Part shown: positions 1-16,335 of the stretch, piece after piece | Numbering within the stretch: position 1 is the first letter of the stretch | Layout of the letters: each line of letters begins with the position of its first letter | NCBI RefSeq assembly: GCF_009914755.1 | Contig: NC_060926.1 | Strand: one strand, 5' to 3' | Length of the DNA: 64,000 nt | Origin: the human T2T-CHM13v2.0 reference genome, Homo sapiens | Translations under genes and position numbers: made by a program | The notes under the pieces: model-generated | Told to the model about the DNA's origin: nothing | The model's database searches: none | What the model saw: only the letters and a program-made list of their open reading frames with translations

Positions 1-561
<561 letters not shown>

Positions 562-699
562 CTACTGAGAAAAAAAAAAAAAAAACTTTTCCAGCAAAAC
601 AAGACCCAAGAAAATAAAAACATAAAGGCCTTTCAATTATGCCTATAACTTGCATATCCACTTTTAATTAAGCTGAGCACACTTTAAGAAAATTTGTAG

Positions 700-1015
<316 letters not shown>

Positions 1016-2188
1016 CTATTACCTGACTTTAGCCACACCAAGCAGCCAATATTTCTGGCTCTTGAACTTTACCAAAGGTAACCTTCCAGGTGCTCAGAGA
1101 AGGGAAAATTCAAGGCAGTTCATTGAGGGAAAAATAATCAGCAAATGGCAAAGGTCATTCAGATATCAAGCCGCAAAGGACTCATTCCCTAAGCCAGGAT
1201 TGAATTTTACAGGCTGCCACTGTAAAATGGCGGAGACTAAAACAAAGCACTGCCACTTGGTTAAAGGTCATGCTTCCAAGAAAGTAAAACAAGATGGAGG
1301 CCTGCAGCAAAGTTTGCCACTGACCAGTTTGCTGGTCAGCCTTGAACAGTGGGCGTATGGAATCCTAGGCCTGCATCCCATCCTAAGGTACCCCTCATTC
1401 TGGCAGAACCATACAGAAAGATATGCAAAGTCACCAGATTGGCTACAGCTTAAGACCAACCTCACAAATCCTTTTTCACAATTAAAACTTTACAGAGAAT
1501 ATAGACAGTGATAGTTGGGGTCCTAGCCTGGTAAAATGTCTTCTAAAAAAAGAAAAAAAAAGCCTTCTGTATAAAAATTAACTGCTGACCTGATGGAGAA
1601 AAGAAACAAATAGCTTAAAGTTCAAGGCTGTGTTAACTGCTGACTGGGTGGAGAGAAGGAAAAAAAAAAAAAAACAGTTAAAGTACAGCCCTGGAAAGAT
1701 GCCTGGAGGAAAAGCTTCTTATTCTTATGCAAATGAGTTCTTCCATCAGGGAGGGAAACTTTTAATTGTTGTTTCTTCCCTGGGGCTTGCACAGAGCTGG
1801 ACTCCTCAGCCAGGGAAGGGGAAGGCACCATGGATATTGTAGGGAATGCCAGCCAGCCTGCTCTGCCCGGCCCTTGTGCCATGTGTCCCAGCCCCAGTCA
1901 GGAGGGAAAGGGGATGGGTAACCACTGCTTGCCTGTTCATCCCGCATGTGCCTGCGGCTGTTGGGGTAAAAAAGATACACGCCATTACAGTCCCGAAAAT
2001 AAGGAAAATGCTATAGAAAAGACTGGGTGGAACCGAGGCCGACATTCCCAACTCCCAAGAGTGACAGTGGGGTTGGGTGAGGGGTCGCAGTTCCTTCTAC
2101 CTTTAGAAGAATTCTGAGGACAAGAAAAAGCTCAGAAACAAAAGGGAAAGAGATTTTTTGGTCTGCATTTTACTCACCTTTCCTCATG

Positions 2189-2206
2189 TCCCCATATGGT
2201 CCACCA
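2189..2206 (-). other. Retroviral primer-binding site, tRNA-Ile type
   Basis: Minus strand TGGTGGACCATATGGGGA vs tRNA-Ile PBS TGGTGGCCCGTACGGGGA, 15/18 with two mismatches explained by CpG decay; 3 nt from the LTR end. Confidence 0.8.
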
Positions 2207-2209
2207 AAA

Positions 2210-2624
2210 TGGTGCAGGAATTTTTGCTCTTTAATTCAGCTAAAATCCAGGTTCTTGTCTAACGACCAGGAAAAATTAGGTATGCAGACACACTGAAAGG
2301 TGAGGAGGGTGGAATTTATTAAAAGAAAGCGCTCAGTGAAAACAAAGGGTCCTGCCAACAGGCTCTCATCTCACAGATTAAATACTAGACCACCATACAT
2401 GAGCTGAAGAGGCCAGGCTCCTCCCCTCATCATAAGGCACGAATTCCTGGTGGCTCCACCCTATTTCCCCAGTGTGCAGGTGGGCCCCCTAGTCCGTTGT
2501 GGGCATGCCCAGAGAAGGCCCTGGGCAGGTTCCCTCATCAGCACAAAAGCATCTGATATAAACACTGTGGGGCAGGTCAGAGATTCTCTGTGGACCCTCC
2601 CACATCTGCCGCCTGTATCTATCA
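2210..2624 (-). mobile_element. MER61-family LTR (5' LTR of the provirus)
   Basis: TG...CA ends; MER61-type motifs (GGGCATGCCC, gagcctggcctcttcagctc, aataaattcc poly(A) signal on the minus strand). Confidence 0.85.
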
Positions 2625-5600
2625 CTAGCAAATACTAGATCATATTCATTTTTTCTAGCTATTTTTTGTACCCGTTAACCATATCAACTTACCCCCCAAC
2701 ACACACAGACTACCTGTCCCTGCCTCTGGTAACCAACCTTCTACTGTATCGCTGTGAATCCAATTGTTTTAAATTTAAGCTGCCACAAATAAGTGGGGAT
2801 GTGCAAAGTTTGTCTTTCTGTGCCTGGCTTATTTCACTTAATATAACCACCTTCAGTTTTATCCATCTTGTGGACAATAACAGGATTTCATTCTTTTTAG
2901 GGCTAAATAGCACTGCATTGTGTATATGTACCACATTTTCTTTATCCATTTGTTTGTTGATGGACACTTGGTCTCTTCCAAGTCTTAGCTATTGTGAATA
3001 GTGCTGCAATAACATGGGAGCTCAGATATCTCTTCAAAACACTAATTTTCTTTCTTTTGGGTACACATTTAGCTGTGGTATTGCTGCATTGCACAATAGT
3101 TATACTTTTTGTTTTTTGAGGAAACATCAAACTGTTCTCCATAGTAGTTGTACTAATTTACATTCCCACCAACAGTATATAAAAGGGTTCTCTTTTTTTC
3201 CACATCCTTGCTAGCATTTGTTATCGCCTGTCTTTTGGATAAAAGCCATTTTAACTGGGGTAAGATGATATTGTAGTTTTTATTTGCATTCGTCTGATGA
3301 TCAATGATGTTGAGCACCTTTTCATATGCCTGTTTGCCATTTGCATGTTTCTTTTGAGAAATGTGTATTCCAATCTTTGGCTGATTTTTCAATTGGATGA
3401 TTAGATTCTCTTTCCTATAGAGTTGTTTGAGCTCCTTTAATATTCTGGTTATTAATCCCTTGTCAGATGAGTAGGTTGCAATTATTTTGTCTGACTCTGT
3501 GGGCTGTTTCCTTTTAAAATTATTTTCTTTGCTGTGCAGAAGCTTTTTAACTTGATGTGATTTCGTTTGCCCACTTTTGTTTTGGTTGCCTGTACTCCTG
3601 GAATATTACTCAAGAAATCTCTGTCCAGTCCCATGGAGAGCTTCCCTAATGTATTCTTCTAGTACTTTCATAGTATAATGTCTTAGATTTCAGCATTTAA
3701 TCCATTTTTATTTGACTTTTGCATATGAAAAGTGATATTTTCATTCTCATGCATATGAATATTCAATTTTCCCAGCACCATTTGTTGAAGAGACCATTTT
3801 TTTTTTTCATAGTATGTTTTTGACACCTTTGTTTGCCTTCTGTATTTTGCTCTACTGGTCTATGTGTCTCTTTTTATGCCAATACCATGCATTTTGGTTA
3901 CAATAGTCAGGTAATATGATTCCTCCAGGTTTGTTGTTTTTGCTCAGGATAGTTTTGGTTATTCTGGGTCTTTGGGGGTTCCATATAAATTTTATATATA
4001 TTTTTTCTGTTTCTGTGAAGAATGTCATTGGTATTTGGATAGAGATGGCATGGAATCTGCAGATTACTTTGGATAGTCTGGGCATTTTAACAATAATGAT
4101 TCTCCCAGTCCATGAATATGGAATATTTTTCCATTTTTTGTGTCTTCTTCAATTTCTTGCATCAGTATTTTATACTTTTCATTGTAGAGATCATTCACTT
4201 CCTTGATTAAGTTAATTCCTAGGTACTGAATATTATTTGTAGATACTGTAAATGAGATTACTTTCTTGATTTATTTTTCTGATTATTCACTATTGGAATA
4301 GAGAAATGCTTGATTTTTGTACGTTGATTTTGTATCCTGCAACTATACGAAAATGGTTTATTAGTTCTAATTTTTTTTTTTTGCTTGAGTCTTTAGGTTT
4401 TCCAAATATAAGATTATATCATCTGCAAACAGGGATAATTTGACTCCTTTCTTTCCAGTTTGGATGCCCTTTATTTCTTTCTCTTGTCTGACTGCTCTCA
4501 AACTTCCAGTACTATGTTGAGTAACAGTGGTGTTAGGGGGCATCTTTATCATGTTCCAGATCCTAGAGAAAAGGTTTTCAGTTTCTCCTCATTCAGAATG
4601 AGACTAGCTGTGAAATTGTTGTCTATGCCTTTTATTATGTTTATATTCCCTTCATGCTGAGTTTTTTTGAGTGTTTTGATCATGAAGGAATGTTAAATTT
4701 TATCAAATGCTTTTTGAGCATCAATTGAAATGATCATGTGGTTTTTATCCTTCATTTTCTTGATATGATTTATCACATTTATTGATTTGCCTATGTTCGA
4801 CTCTCCTTGCATCCCAGGGATAAATTCTACTTGGTTTTAATAAACGATCTTTTTAATGTGTTGTTGAATTCGATTTGCTAGTATTTTGTTGAGAATTTTT
4901 GCATGAAAATACATGAGATATATCAGCCATTGATTTTCTTTTTGTGTTGTGTCTTTGTCTGATTTTGATATTAGAGTAATACCAGCCTTGGAGAATGCAT
5001 TTGGAAGTATTCCCTCCTCCTCTATTTTTTTGAAATAGTTTGAGTAGAACTTTTATTAGCTCTTCTTTTAATGTTTGGTAAAATTCAGCAGTGAAGCCAT
5101 TGGGTCCCATACTTTTCTTTGCTGTGAGACTTTTTTTTATTACAGCTTTGATCATCTTACATTTATTGGTCTGTTCAGGTTTTGGATGTTTTCATAGTTA
5201 AATCTTGGTATATTGAATGTGTCTAGAAATTGATCTATTTATTCTCAATATTTCAATTCATTGCTGTGTAGTTGCTCCTAGTAGACACTAATGGACCTTT
5301 GAATTTTTGCGGTATCAGTTGTAAAGTCTCTCTGATTTTATTTATTTTAGTCTTCTCTTTTTTCTTCTTAGTTAAACTGGCTAAACTTTTTTCGATTTTG
5401 TTTTATACTTTCAAAATACAATTTTTTTGTTTTATTGATCATGTGTGTTGTTGTCTTCATTTTTATTTATTTCTGTTCTTACATTTATTATTAGTTTTCC
5501 TCTACTAATTTTGGGTTTGATTTGATCTTGCTTTTCCAATTTTTATGATGCATTTTTAGGTTGTTTATTAGATGTTTTTCTCCTTTCTTGATATCACAGC

Positions 5601-8082
5601 TTTTAGCTACAAACCTATCTTAGTGCTACTTTTGCTATCTACCATAAGTTTTTGAATATTTCCATTATTATTTATCTCAAGAAATCTTTCAATTTTTTAA
5701 TTACTTAATTAACGCATTGATCATTCAGTAGCGTATTGTTTAATTCCCATGTTTGTGTAGTTTCCAAAATTCCCCTTGTTATTAATATCTAGTTTTATTC
5801 CACTGTGGTAGGACAAGATTCCTGTTATTATTTCAATTTTTTTGAATGTTTTTAGTCTTGTTTTGTGACCTAACATATGGTCCATCCTTGAGAATAATCC
5901 ATGTGATGAAAAGAAAAATGTATATACTGCATTTGTTGGATGAAATATTCTGTAAATATCTATTAGGTCCATTTGGTCTATAGTGCAGATTAAGTCCATT
6001 GTTATTTTGTTGATTTTCTGTCTGTAAGATCTGTCCAATGCTGAAAGTGTGTGTTAAGATCTGTCCGGTGCTGAAAGTGTGTGTTGAGGTTGGGTGAGAT
6101 TTCCAGCTATTATTGTACTGGAGTCTATCTCTCTCTTTCTCTCTAATATTTGCTTTATATCAGAGTTCTTCAGTGTTGAGTGCATATATATTTAAAATAG
6201 TTAAATCTTCTGGATTAATTGACTCCTTTATCATAATGACCTTTTCTCGTCTTATGATTTTGTCTTGAAATATATCTTTTCTGATATAAGTAAAGCTTTG
6301 CCTGCTCTTCTTTGGTTTCCATTGGCATGGAATATCTTTTTCCATCACTTTATTTTTAAACTATTTATGTCTTTATAGATTAAGTGTAATTCTTGTAGGT
6401 AACAAATCATTAGGTCTTGTTTTGGATTCATTCAGCCACTCTATGTCTTTTTATTGGAGGATTTAGTACATTTACATTCCTTGTGTTTATTGATTAGTAA
6501 GGACCTAGTCCCACAATTTTGTTGTTTCTTGGTTGTTTTATTGGTCTTCTCTTCCTTGTTTCCTTCCCTCCTGTCTTCCTTTTATTGAAGATAATTGTCT
6601 CGGGTGGTATGCTTTAATTTCTTGCTTGTTATTTTTGTGTGTGTGTATCCATTGTATCTTTTCATGAGACTTGCAAATACTATCATGTAACTCATTATTG
6701 TAAACTGGTGACAATTTTATACTGCTTGCATGAACAAAGTAGCAAAAATAAAACTGATCAAAATTCTATACTTTAACTTCATTCCCACACTTTTTAACTT
6801 TTTGTAGTTTCTATTCTTTCTGTGCCTTGCAAAGTTGTTGTAGTTATTATTTTTTATAGGTTCATTTTTTCATTTTTCTACTTAACAGTAGTTTACACCA
6901 TTATAATTACAGTATCATAATATTCTGTGTTTTTTTCTGTGTACTTAGTATAACCAGTGAGTTTTGTACCTACAGACAAGTTTCCTGTATCTTATTAAGT
7001 TCTTTCTGATCAAAGAACTCCTTTTAGCATTTATTGTAGGTTACGTCTGGTGTTGATGAATTCCTCAGCTTATGTTTTTCTGGGAAAGTCTTTATTTCTC
7101 TTTTTATGTTTGAAGGATATTTTTACCAAATATACTATTCTAGGGTACTTTTTTTCTTCTACACTTTAAATATGTCATGCCACTCTCTCCTGCCCTTTAA
7201 GCTTTCCACTGAAAAGTCTGCTGTCAGTTGTACTGGGGCTCTATTGTAGGTTATTTCTTTTTGCTCTAGTGCTGCTTTTAGGATTTTGAGGGAGTTTGAT
7301 TGTTAAGTGTCTTGAGGTAATCTTGTTTGGGTTAAATCTGCTTGGTGTTCTATAACCTTCTTGTACTGGGATATTGATATCTTCTCTAGGTTTGGCAAGT
7401 TCTCTGTTAGTACCCTTAGGAATAAAATTTCTACCACTTTTTCTCTACCTCCTCTTTAATGCCAATAACTTAGATTTGGCCCACTGAGGCTACTTTCTAG
7501 ATCTTGCAGGCATACTTTATGATTTTTATTCTTTTTTTGTTTATCTCCTCTGATTACATATTTTCAAATAGCCTGTCTTGAAGCTGACTAATCCTTTCTT
7601 CTGCTTGACCAATTCTGCTATTAACAGACTCTGATGTGTTATTTAGTATGTCAGTTATATTTTTTTAACTCCAGAATTTCTGCTTGATTATTTTTAATGA
7701 TTTCAATCTTTGTGTTAGATTTACCTGATAGAATTCTGAAATTTTTCTCTGTGTTATCTTGAATTTCTTTGTATTTCCTGTAAACAGCTATTTTGAATTC
7801 TCTTTCTGAAAGGTTGCATACCTCTGTTTCTCCAGGATTGGTTTCTGGTAACTTACATTGTCCGTTTGGTGCAGTCATGTGTTTCTGGATGAACTGATGC
7901 TTGTGGATGTTTGTCTTTATTTGGGCATTGAAGAATTATGTATCATGTCCTTCAATGGGAATACTTTCCAGGTATTCAAAAGAAGATGAGTATTGTGATC
8001 TAAGCCATATCTGCATTAGGGGTCACCCCAAACCCAGTAACACTTTGGTTCTTGAAGATTTATAAAAGTACTGCCTTGGTGG

Positions 8083-8554
8083 TGTGAACCCCAAAAATCT
8101 GAAACCGGTCTCAGTTAATTTAGAAAGTTTATTTTGCCAAGGCTGAGGATGCACGCCCATGACACAGCCTCAGGAGGTTCTGACAACATGTGCCCAAGTT
8201 GGTCAGAGCACAGTTTAGTTTTATACATTTTAGGGAGACATGAGACATCAATCAACATATGTAAGATGAACATTGGTTTGGTCTGGAAAGGTGGGATGAC
8301 TAGAAGCAAAGATAGGACAACTCAAAGCAGGGAGAGGGCTGCCAGGTCACAGGTAAATAAAAGACAAATGGTTGCATTTCTTTGGGATTCTGATTAGCCT
8401 CTCCAAAGGAGGCAATCAGGTATGCCTTTATCTCAGTGAGCAGAGGGGTAACTTTGAACAGAATGGAAGGCAGGTTGGCCCTAAGTAGTTTGCAGCTTGA
8501 CTTTTCCCTTTAGCTTAGTGATTTGGGGGCCTCAAGATTTATTTTCCTATGACA
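8083..8554 (-). mobile_element. MER4A1-type ERV1 solo LTR inside the L1 5' region
   Basis: TG...CA ends, MER4A-type sequence, 4-bp TSD gtgg (8079-8082, 8555-8558). Confidence 0.9.
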
Positions 8555-9331
8555 GTGGTCTTGGATAAGATCTGGAAGAATTCTCTGGGTTACCAGGCAG
8601 AGACTCTTGTTCCCTTTCTTTACTTTCTCCCAAAGAAACAGAGTCTACCTCTCTATGCTGAGTCACCTAGAGTTGGGGAAGGGGTCATATAAGCATCCCT
8701 GTGACCACAACCGTTGAGATTGCACTGGGTTAGACCTGAAGCCAGTAGAACAGTGGGTCTTATCCAAGGCCTAATCTAACCACTACCTGGCTACCACCTA
8801 TGTTTGCTCTAAGCCCTAAGGCTGTACTGTCAGATGGTGTTGAAGTCCTTCTGTTCAGGGTAGCAAGTTCCCGTAGGCACTGGGCTGGTCTAGCGATGCT
8901 GGCTGGGAGCCATGGATTGGAGTAAAAAAACTACAGGAATCTACCTCATTCTGTATTCCAATGCAGTGATCTGTCACTCAAACCACAAGACAAAGTCCTT
9001 CCCACTCTTTGCTCTTCTTTGCACAGGCAGAGGAACCTCACTTCCTGGCCACCACTGTCACAGGCTCACAGGAATCCCTGCCAAGCTACCGCCAGTGTTC
9101 ACTTTGGACCCAAGGGCTCTTTAGTCAGCAGGTGATTAAATCCTGCCAGGACTAGGTCTTTCCCTTCAAAGCAGCAAGTTCTACTCTGGCCCAGGGTGTG
9201 TCTAGATATGTCATTCAGGATCTAGGGCATGAAATGGGGGCCTCGCAACCCTGCCCAGTTCCCTGTCCTACTGTGGCTCAACTGGTATCCAAGATGCAAG
9301 ACAAAGTCCTCTTTTCTTTGTCCCATTCTTT

Positions 9332-9803
9332 TATTATCAAAACACCAGGGGTTTGGTCTAGGTCCTGCTACTCACCACACAAAAAGCCAATCACTGATGT
9401 GATGAGTATTGTCAAGGAAGAAGGCTTTAATCAGGTGCTGCAGTCAAGGAGATGGGAGGTCAGTCTCAAATCTATCTCTCTGACCAACTAAAAGTAGGAG
9501 TTTATATAGCAGGAAAAAAAATGTAACGATGTATAAGTAAATGGGAACTAGTGAGGGGCAAGGAAGGAATCATGATGATTGAGAGATTTGGCATCACATT
9601 GCCAAATGTGGTGCCTGTGGTGATCTGGTGAGTTTCAGATCTTTGATACTTTTTTTTTTTTTTAATTTTTCAGGCCTGAAGTTCATTTCCTGAGGAAAAA
9701 CCTCAGGTAAAACAAATTTAAGTTTCAAGCATTAAGACCAGAAGGGTCAATTTCCATTTATTAAGGAAAAAAAAAACCTTTTGGGACTATTGGTCTGGTT
9801 TCA
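9332..9803 (-). mobile_element. MER66B-type ERV1 solo LTR inside the L1 5' UTR
   Basis: Minus-strand start TGAAACCAGACCAATAGTCCC and end ...ccctggtgttttgataata; imperfect 4-bp TSD cttt/ctct. Confidence 0.8.
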
Positions 9804-11025
9804 CTCTCCTCAAGAAAAAGAAAGAGGTGTCTTTAGAAGTTGAGCTGCGCTGGCTGGTGATCACAGAGAGTACTCCCTTAGTCACCCCAGCTGGTGTCTT
9901 AGTAGGTCACATGGTCCTCAAGTCACTGTCTTCATGCTTAGCGCAGTACTGGGACTCACCTATAAGTTGCATTGTGTCCTAAACTACTTTTCAAGTTTAT
10001 TTAAGGCTTCTGAGCACATTAGCCTACTGTGGCAAGGCTTGCCAAAACAAGTTTAGACTGCTGAGATGGGCGATTCCCTTCTGGTTAGGGCTGATCTAAA
10101 TTCCTCCCCCATGGGTGGGTATCTGCTGAGTTCAGCCCAGTTTTGCTTCCTGCCGTGACAGGGCAACACTGAGTTCAATTGCAAAGTCTCCCAATCGCTG
10201 CACTCTCTCTTCCCCAAACACACAGATTCTCTGTGCCACACCTTTGCTGCCAACAGATTGAGGAGTAGTGGTGTAATTCAAGTCTGTCTTTTCTACCCTC
10301 TTCAGAGCCTCTTTCAGTGATACAAAGTTAAAAAGAGTTACTGTGAGTGCTCACCTGGTTTTTGGTTCTTATGATGGTATTTCCTTTGTGTTGATAGTTG
10401 TTAAATTTGGTGTTCCTGTGTGGGGAGCAATCAGTGGAAACTTCTATTTGTCCATCTTGATCTGCCCCTCAGAAAAGCTTTGTTTTTAAATAGGGAAATG
10501 AATAAACATTACCAGAAGTTGTTTTAAATATTGTGCTAAAATTTTTGTTTTGGTTTGCAAATAAAAATATTTGCAAAAAATTTATTTTCTTATTTCAAAT
10601 GGAAATTCTCATATGTCCCTCTGGAACTTGGTGGCAGCTGGAAATGAAGAAATTCACTGGGCAGGTTGAAAATTCTAAAATAGACAGAAAACCAAGTATT
10701 CTCAAGGTGATGTTTATGTTGTGTGATCATAATTAAAATGAGCCTTAGTTTAAAAATAGCTAAAAATAAGTAAATAGCTGAATTTGCTTTTAGATAGCTT
10801 TTAAGTAAATTTGAAATATGTTATACAAGAACATTCCTTTATACTTTATATTCTGCCTCCAAATTTAGCAATATGTTTTCATTTTCATTTTTTTCTTTTT
10901 TCACCTAATTGAACCCTATGTATTTAATATATTAGGAACATTATGCCAATTTGAATCATCTGAGGAATAAAGTATATTAAGTAATTAGCCAAAAACTGTT
11001 AAATTCATATATTATATGAAAAGTT

Positions 11026-12546
<1,521 letters not shown>

Positions 12547-12839
12547 GAAAAATTAAATGCAATCTCTTTTTTCACCAATCAGAATTCTGGACAAATAATA
12601 AATTTTTAAATTTCAGTATAATACATTTTTATCTTGTACTCATTATTAGTCTTCCACACTATAAAACAAAGCTTTATGAGAGAAAATTTTGTCTTTTTCT
12701 TTATTTCTTTATTTAAGGACCTAAGACAATGTCTGTAACATATTAGCTCCTAAAAAATCTACTTACTAATGTAGAAACAAATATATTCAATGTTAGTCTT
12801 TAAATTTGTTTTTGTATAAATCTAGACTATTAATATTAA

Positions 12840-13530
12840 CAAAGAGAAATGAACACGTCTATACAAAAACATGTACACTGTCACTCATAGCAGCATTATA
12901 AATAATACCCAAAAAGTGAGAATAACTCAAATTATCACCTTGTGAATACATAAATGAAATGTGGTATTTCCATACACTGGAATACTATTCAACATTTTTT
13001 TTTTTTTTTTGAGACAGAGTCTCACTCTGTCGCCCAGGCTGGAGTGCAGTGGCACCATCTTGGCTCAGTGCAAGCTCCGCCTCCCAGGTTCATGTCATTC
13101 TCCTGCCTCAGCCTCCCAAGTAGCTGGGACTACAGGCTCCCACCACCACGCGCAGCTAACCTTTTGTATTTTTGGTAGAAACTGGGTTTCACTGTGTTAG
13201 CCAGGATGGTCCCGATCTCTTGACCTTGTGATCCGCCTGCCTCAGCCTCCCAAAGTGCTGGGATTATGTATGAGCTGCTAATGTATGCTACTACTTGGAT
13301 AAATATGAAAAACATCATTTTAAGTGAAAGAAGCTAGATACAAAACAAATTGTATGATTCTGTTCATATAGAAAGTCTAGAAAAGAAAAATTTATAAAGA
13401 CAGAATGTAGATCAATGGTTTCCAAGGGCCATGGTAGAGTGTGGTGTTTAAATGAAAATGAGAATGAGAATATTTTGGGCTGATGAAAATATTTTTAAAA
13501 CTGGACTAAATCATTACTAAAATCATTTAT
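12840..13530 (+). mobile_element. Old L1 3' end fragment (L1MB/L1ME-like), interrupted by an Alu
   Basis: Typical L1M 3' motifs (catagcagcatta...tgtggtat...aagtgaaagaagc). Confidence 0.65.
12995..13267 (-). mobile_element. AluY-like element lacking ~20-25 nt of its 5' end
   Basis: Poly-T then Alu body with AluY-type gcaagctccgcc; ends at ggattat. Confidence 0.9.
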
Positions 13531-13597
13531 TATATACTTAGAATAAAGAGGATTATGATATTTAAACTATTCCACAGTAAAACTAGTTTAAAAAGCA

Positions 13598-13698
13598 TAG
13601 TATATAAGTATATATACATAAATATGTATATGTGTGTGTATATATATATATATTCTGTATATATTCTGTTTTCACACACACACACCCACACACACACA
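13598..13698. repeat. (TA)n/(TG)n/(CA)n microsatellite cluster
   Basis: Direct inspection. Confidence 0.85.
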
Positions 13699-14202
13699 AA
13701 GAAAAATATGTACAAGAATATACAACTTGTTTCCCTAAATTGAATCAAGAAACTTATTAGTGGTTACATTTGGAACAAAATATTTGAAGGTATGAGAGAT
13801 TTTTCTCTCATCATGTTTAGCTTTTTAAACAAGGTGAATTCTCAAAACTTATAAATGTATTATTTTTATTTAACAACAATGTCAAAAACATTTTAATTTA
13901 AATATGTAAAAATTGAAGTCTCACTTGCCATCTGATTTCCAAAACTTGACCTGTTCTGTATGTATCTTTAAATTAAAATTTGTCTGACTCATACAGTGAC
14001 CGTATGTATATACTTGCTAGAGAACATTGAACACCGTTGGCTTAATGTCTTTTGATGACTATGATTCTGTCAGAGATAATGCAGCTTTTCATTGAACTCA
14101 TTATACTTAATATATTATTTAAAACTATCAGCTGATAACCAATTTATTTATCTTTATCCATAATGTGAAGTACTTTCCAGGTCATTTCGTTATGTTTATC
14201 TA

Positions 14203-14393
14203 AATGCTCCCCCATTTCTATTATGCACCAGAATAAGCTGGGGAGCTTATTAAAAATGCATCTTTCAGATCACATCCAAAATAATTCTGTGTTATAGTTT
14301 CCTATTGTATTTTGGAAACTGATTTAAAAAAAAAAAAAGAATACCAATGATTCTGATGCAGGTGGCCCTCAAACTATGCTTTGCCAAACATTG
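14203..14393. mobile_element. MER5B-like hAT-Charlie MITE, degraded
   Basis: ctggggagcttattaaaaatgca...tgattctgatgcaggtggcc...ctttgccaaacattg. Confidence 0.55.
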
Positions 14394-15141
14394 GTCTTGA
14401 GTAAGTCAATCGTAATGGATCTCATATCTAATTGGGGGGATCTCAAAAAAGTCCATTTATTTGGAACTAGGTGTTTTCCAACACATTTGTGGTCTATTAG
14501 GGGAAAATACTACACTGTGATGTTTGTATCCTCGAACATAGGTAAGCATTTAGCTAAATAGCAAAATCTATGCTGTTACAACCAGGATGACACCTCCTAC
14601 TGTCACTCATGATACACAGTGGCAGAGTGACTTCCGAACAGCAAATGTCCTTTCAATGATAGGCGAAGAAACTACACTTAAAAGTTCTCACTGGAGCAAT
14701 TCCAAGTATAGATTTACAGAATTTATGTAAGTCATATAACACATATCAGCCTGAGACATAGACCAAATGGAATGCAGAACAGGAGAACCAGTAGAATAAC
14801 ACAAGAAGAGAAATTTCTCTCTTAACAATTTCTCCAAATGGAGCTCACAAATTCCCTTATTACAAACACTTAAGAGTTATTACCAAAATTACATGGTTAT
14901 GTCACTAGTAGGTTCCCATATATCTTATTCATCTAAATTGTTCAGTTAAATCTGAACATTTCATTATCTACTACAATTCGAGTCATTAACTGATCCTTTT
15001 ATTGTCATGTTAAAATTCAAATTAAAGAAATCCTTTGAGTTTATTAAAAAATGATACAGGCAGCCATACAATGCAAAATTTAGCTTTTACAGGAACAGAT
15101 AAAATGTAAACATTAAACACACAAACAATAATGTTTTCCTA

Positions 15142-15441
<300 letters not shown>

Positions 15442-15499
15442 GTAATATTTTCTTAAGGAACAAGGAGGGAAACGTAAGTGTGATATGCCAAAAAAGTAA

Positions 15500-15575
15500 T
15501 GTGTGTGCATGTGTGTGTTTGCATATATATATACACATGTCTGTGCATATATGTGTGTATAAATATATAGACAGA
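15500..15575. repeat. (TG)n/(TA)n simple repeat
   Basis: Direct inspection. Confidence 0.75.
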
Positions 15576-16335
15576 TAGGAATAAAAGTACATGTATAGAC
15601 CAATGGTAATAAAGTATGACATGAAGACCGTCTTTCATTCAACCACTTGTACCTAAGATAAGGAGAAGAAATAAAGAAAGGAGCAAGGAAAGGAGAAGAA
15701 GACGAGGATACACTCTGTCAATAGTAAGATTCTGAGACTTGATTTAAGAGATTTGGTAGGAAATAATATTAGATAACTCTGCCTCAGCCCAGTTGATTCT
15801 TTGGGAAATTTGACACAGATCACCCATTTGAACAGCCCTCCAAAGCAAAGGCAAAATATTCCTTTGATTCTTTCCTTGATACATGACTGCCTGACATAGT
15901 TATGACACAGAGATAACTATTACACTATCACTCTTCATTGATGAATTACAGGACTTCCTGTAAGCCACTGAGAAAATAATCTGATTTATCTGGTTTTTCT
16001 CATTTTAAATCCTAAAACAGAAACTTACTATAGGAAGTCCTTTTTTATATAGTACAAACCAAAGTACTTCAGGTCATTATTTTCCAGTGTATTTTCCTAA
16101 AGACCACCTAGGTCAAAGAACTCAGATTTGCTTCTTAAATTTCTATAATCTTGTATTGAAAACAAAATCAACTGAACAGAATTTTAGGATTGATGTTATA
16201 TATTTTGTATTTTTAACCAATACCCTGAGGGATTCTGGTGAATCCTTCAGAACAGCTCTCTAGATGATGAAGATGACAATACGATTCTGCTGTGCAAGTC
16301 TAATTCAGGTTCATGTGCTGATTTGTATTTATCAC

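Larger units (their letters stand above)
2625..10470 (-). mobile_element. Near-full-length old LINE-1 (L1MA2-like), decayed ORF1/ORF2; 3' end interrupted by the MER61 provirus
   Basis: Minus-strand ORF2 fragments ([11 protein letters not shown] 4367-4552; [11 protein letters not shown] 4853-5155; EN remnants 5721-6348), ORF1 remnant 7651-7878, L1M-type start GAGGGGCAGATCAAGATGG at ~10452-10470. Confidence 0.9.
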
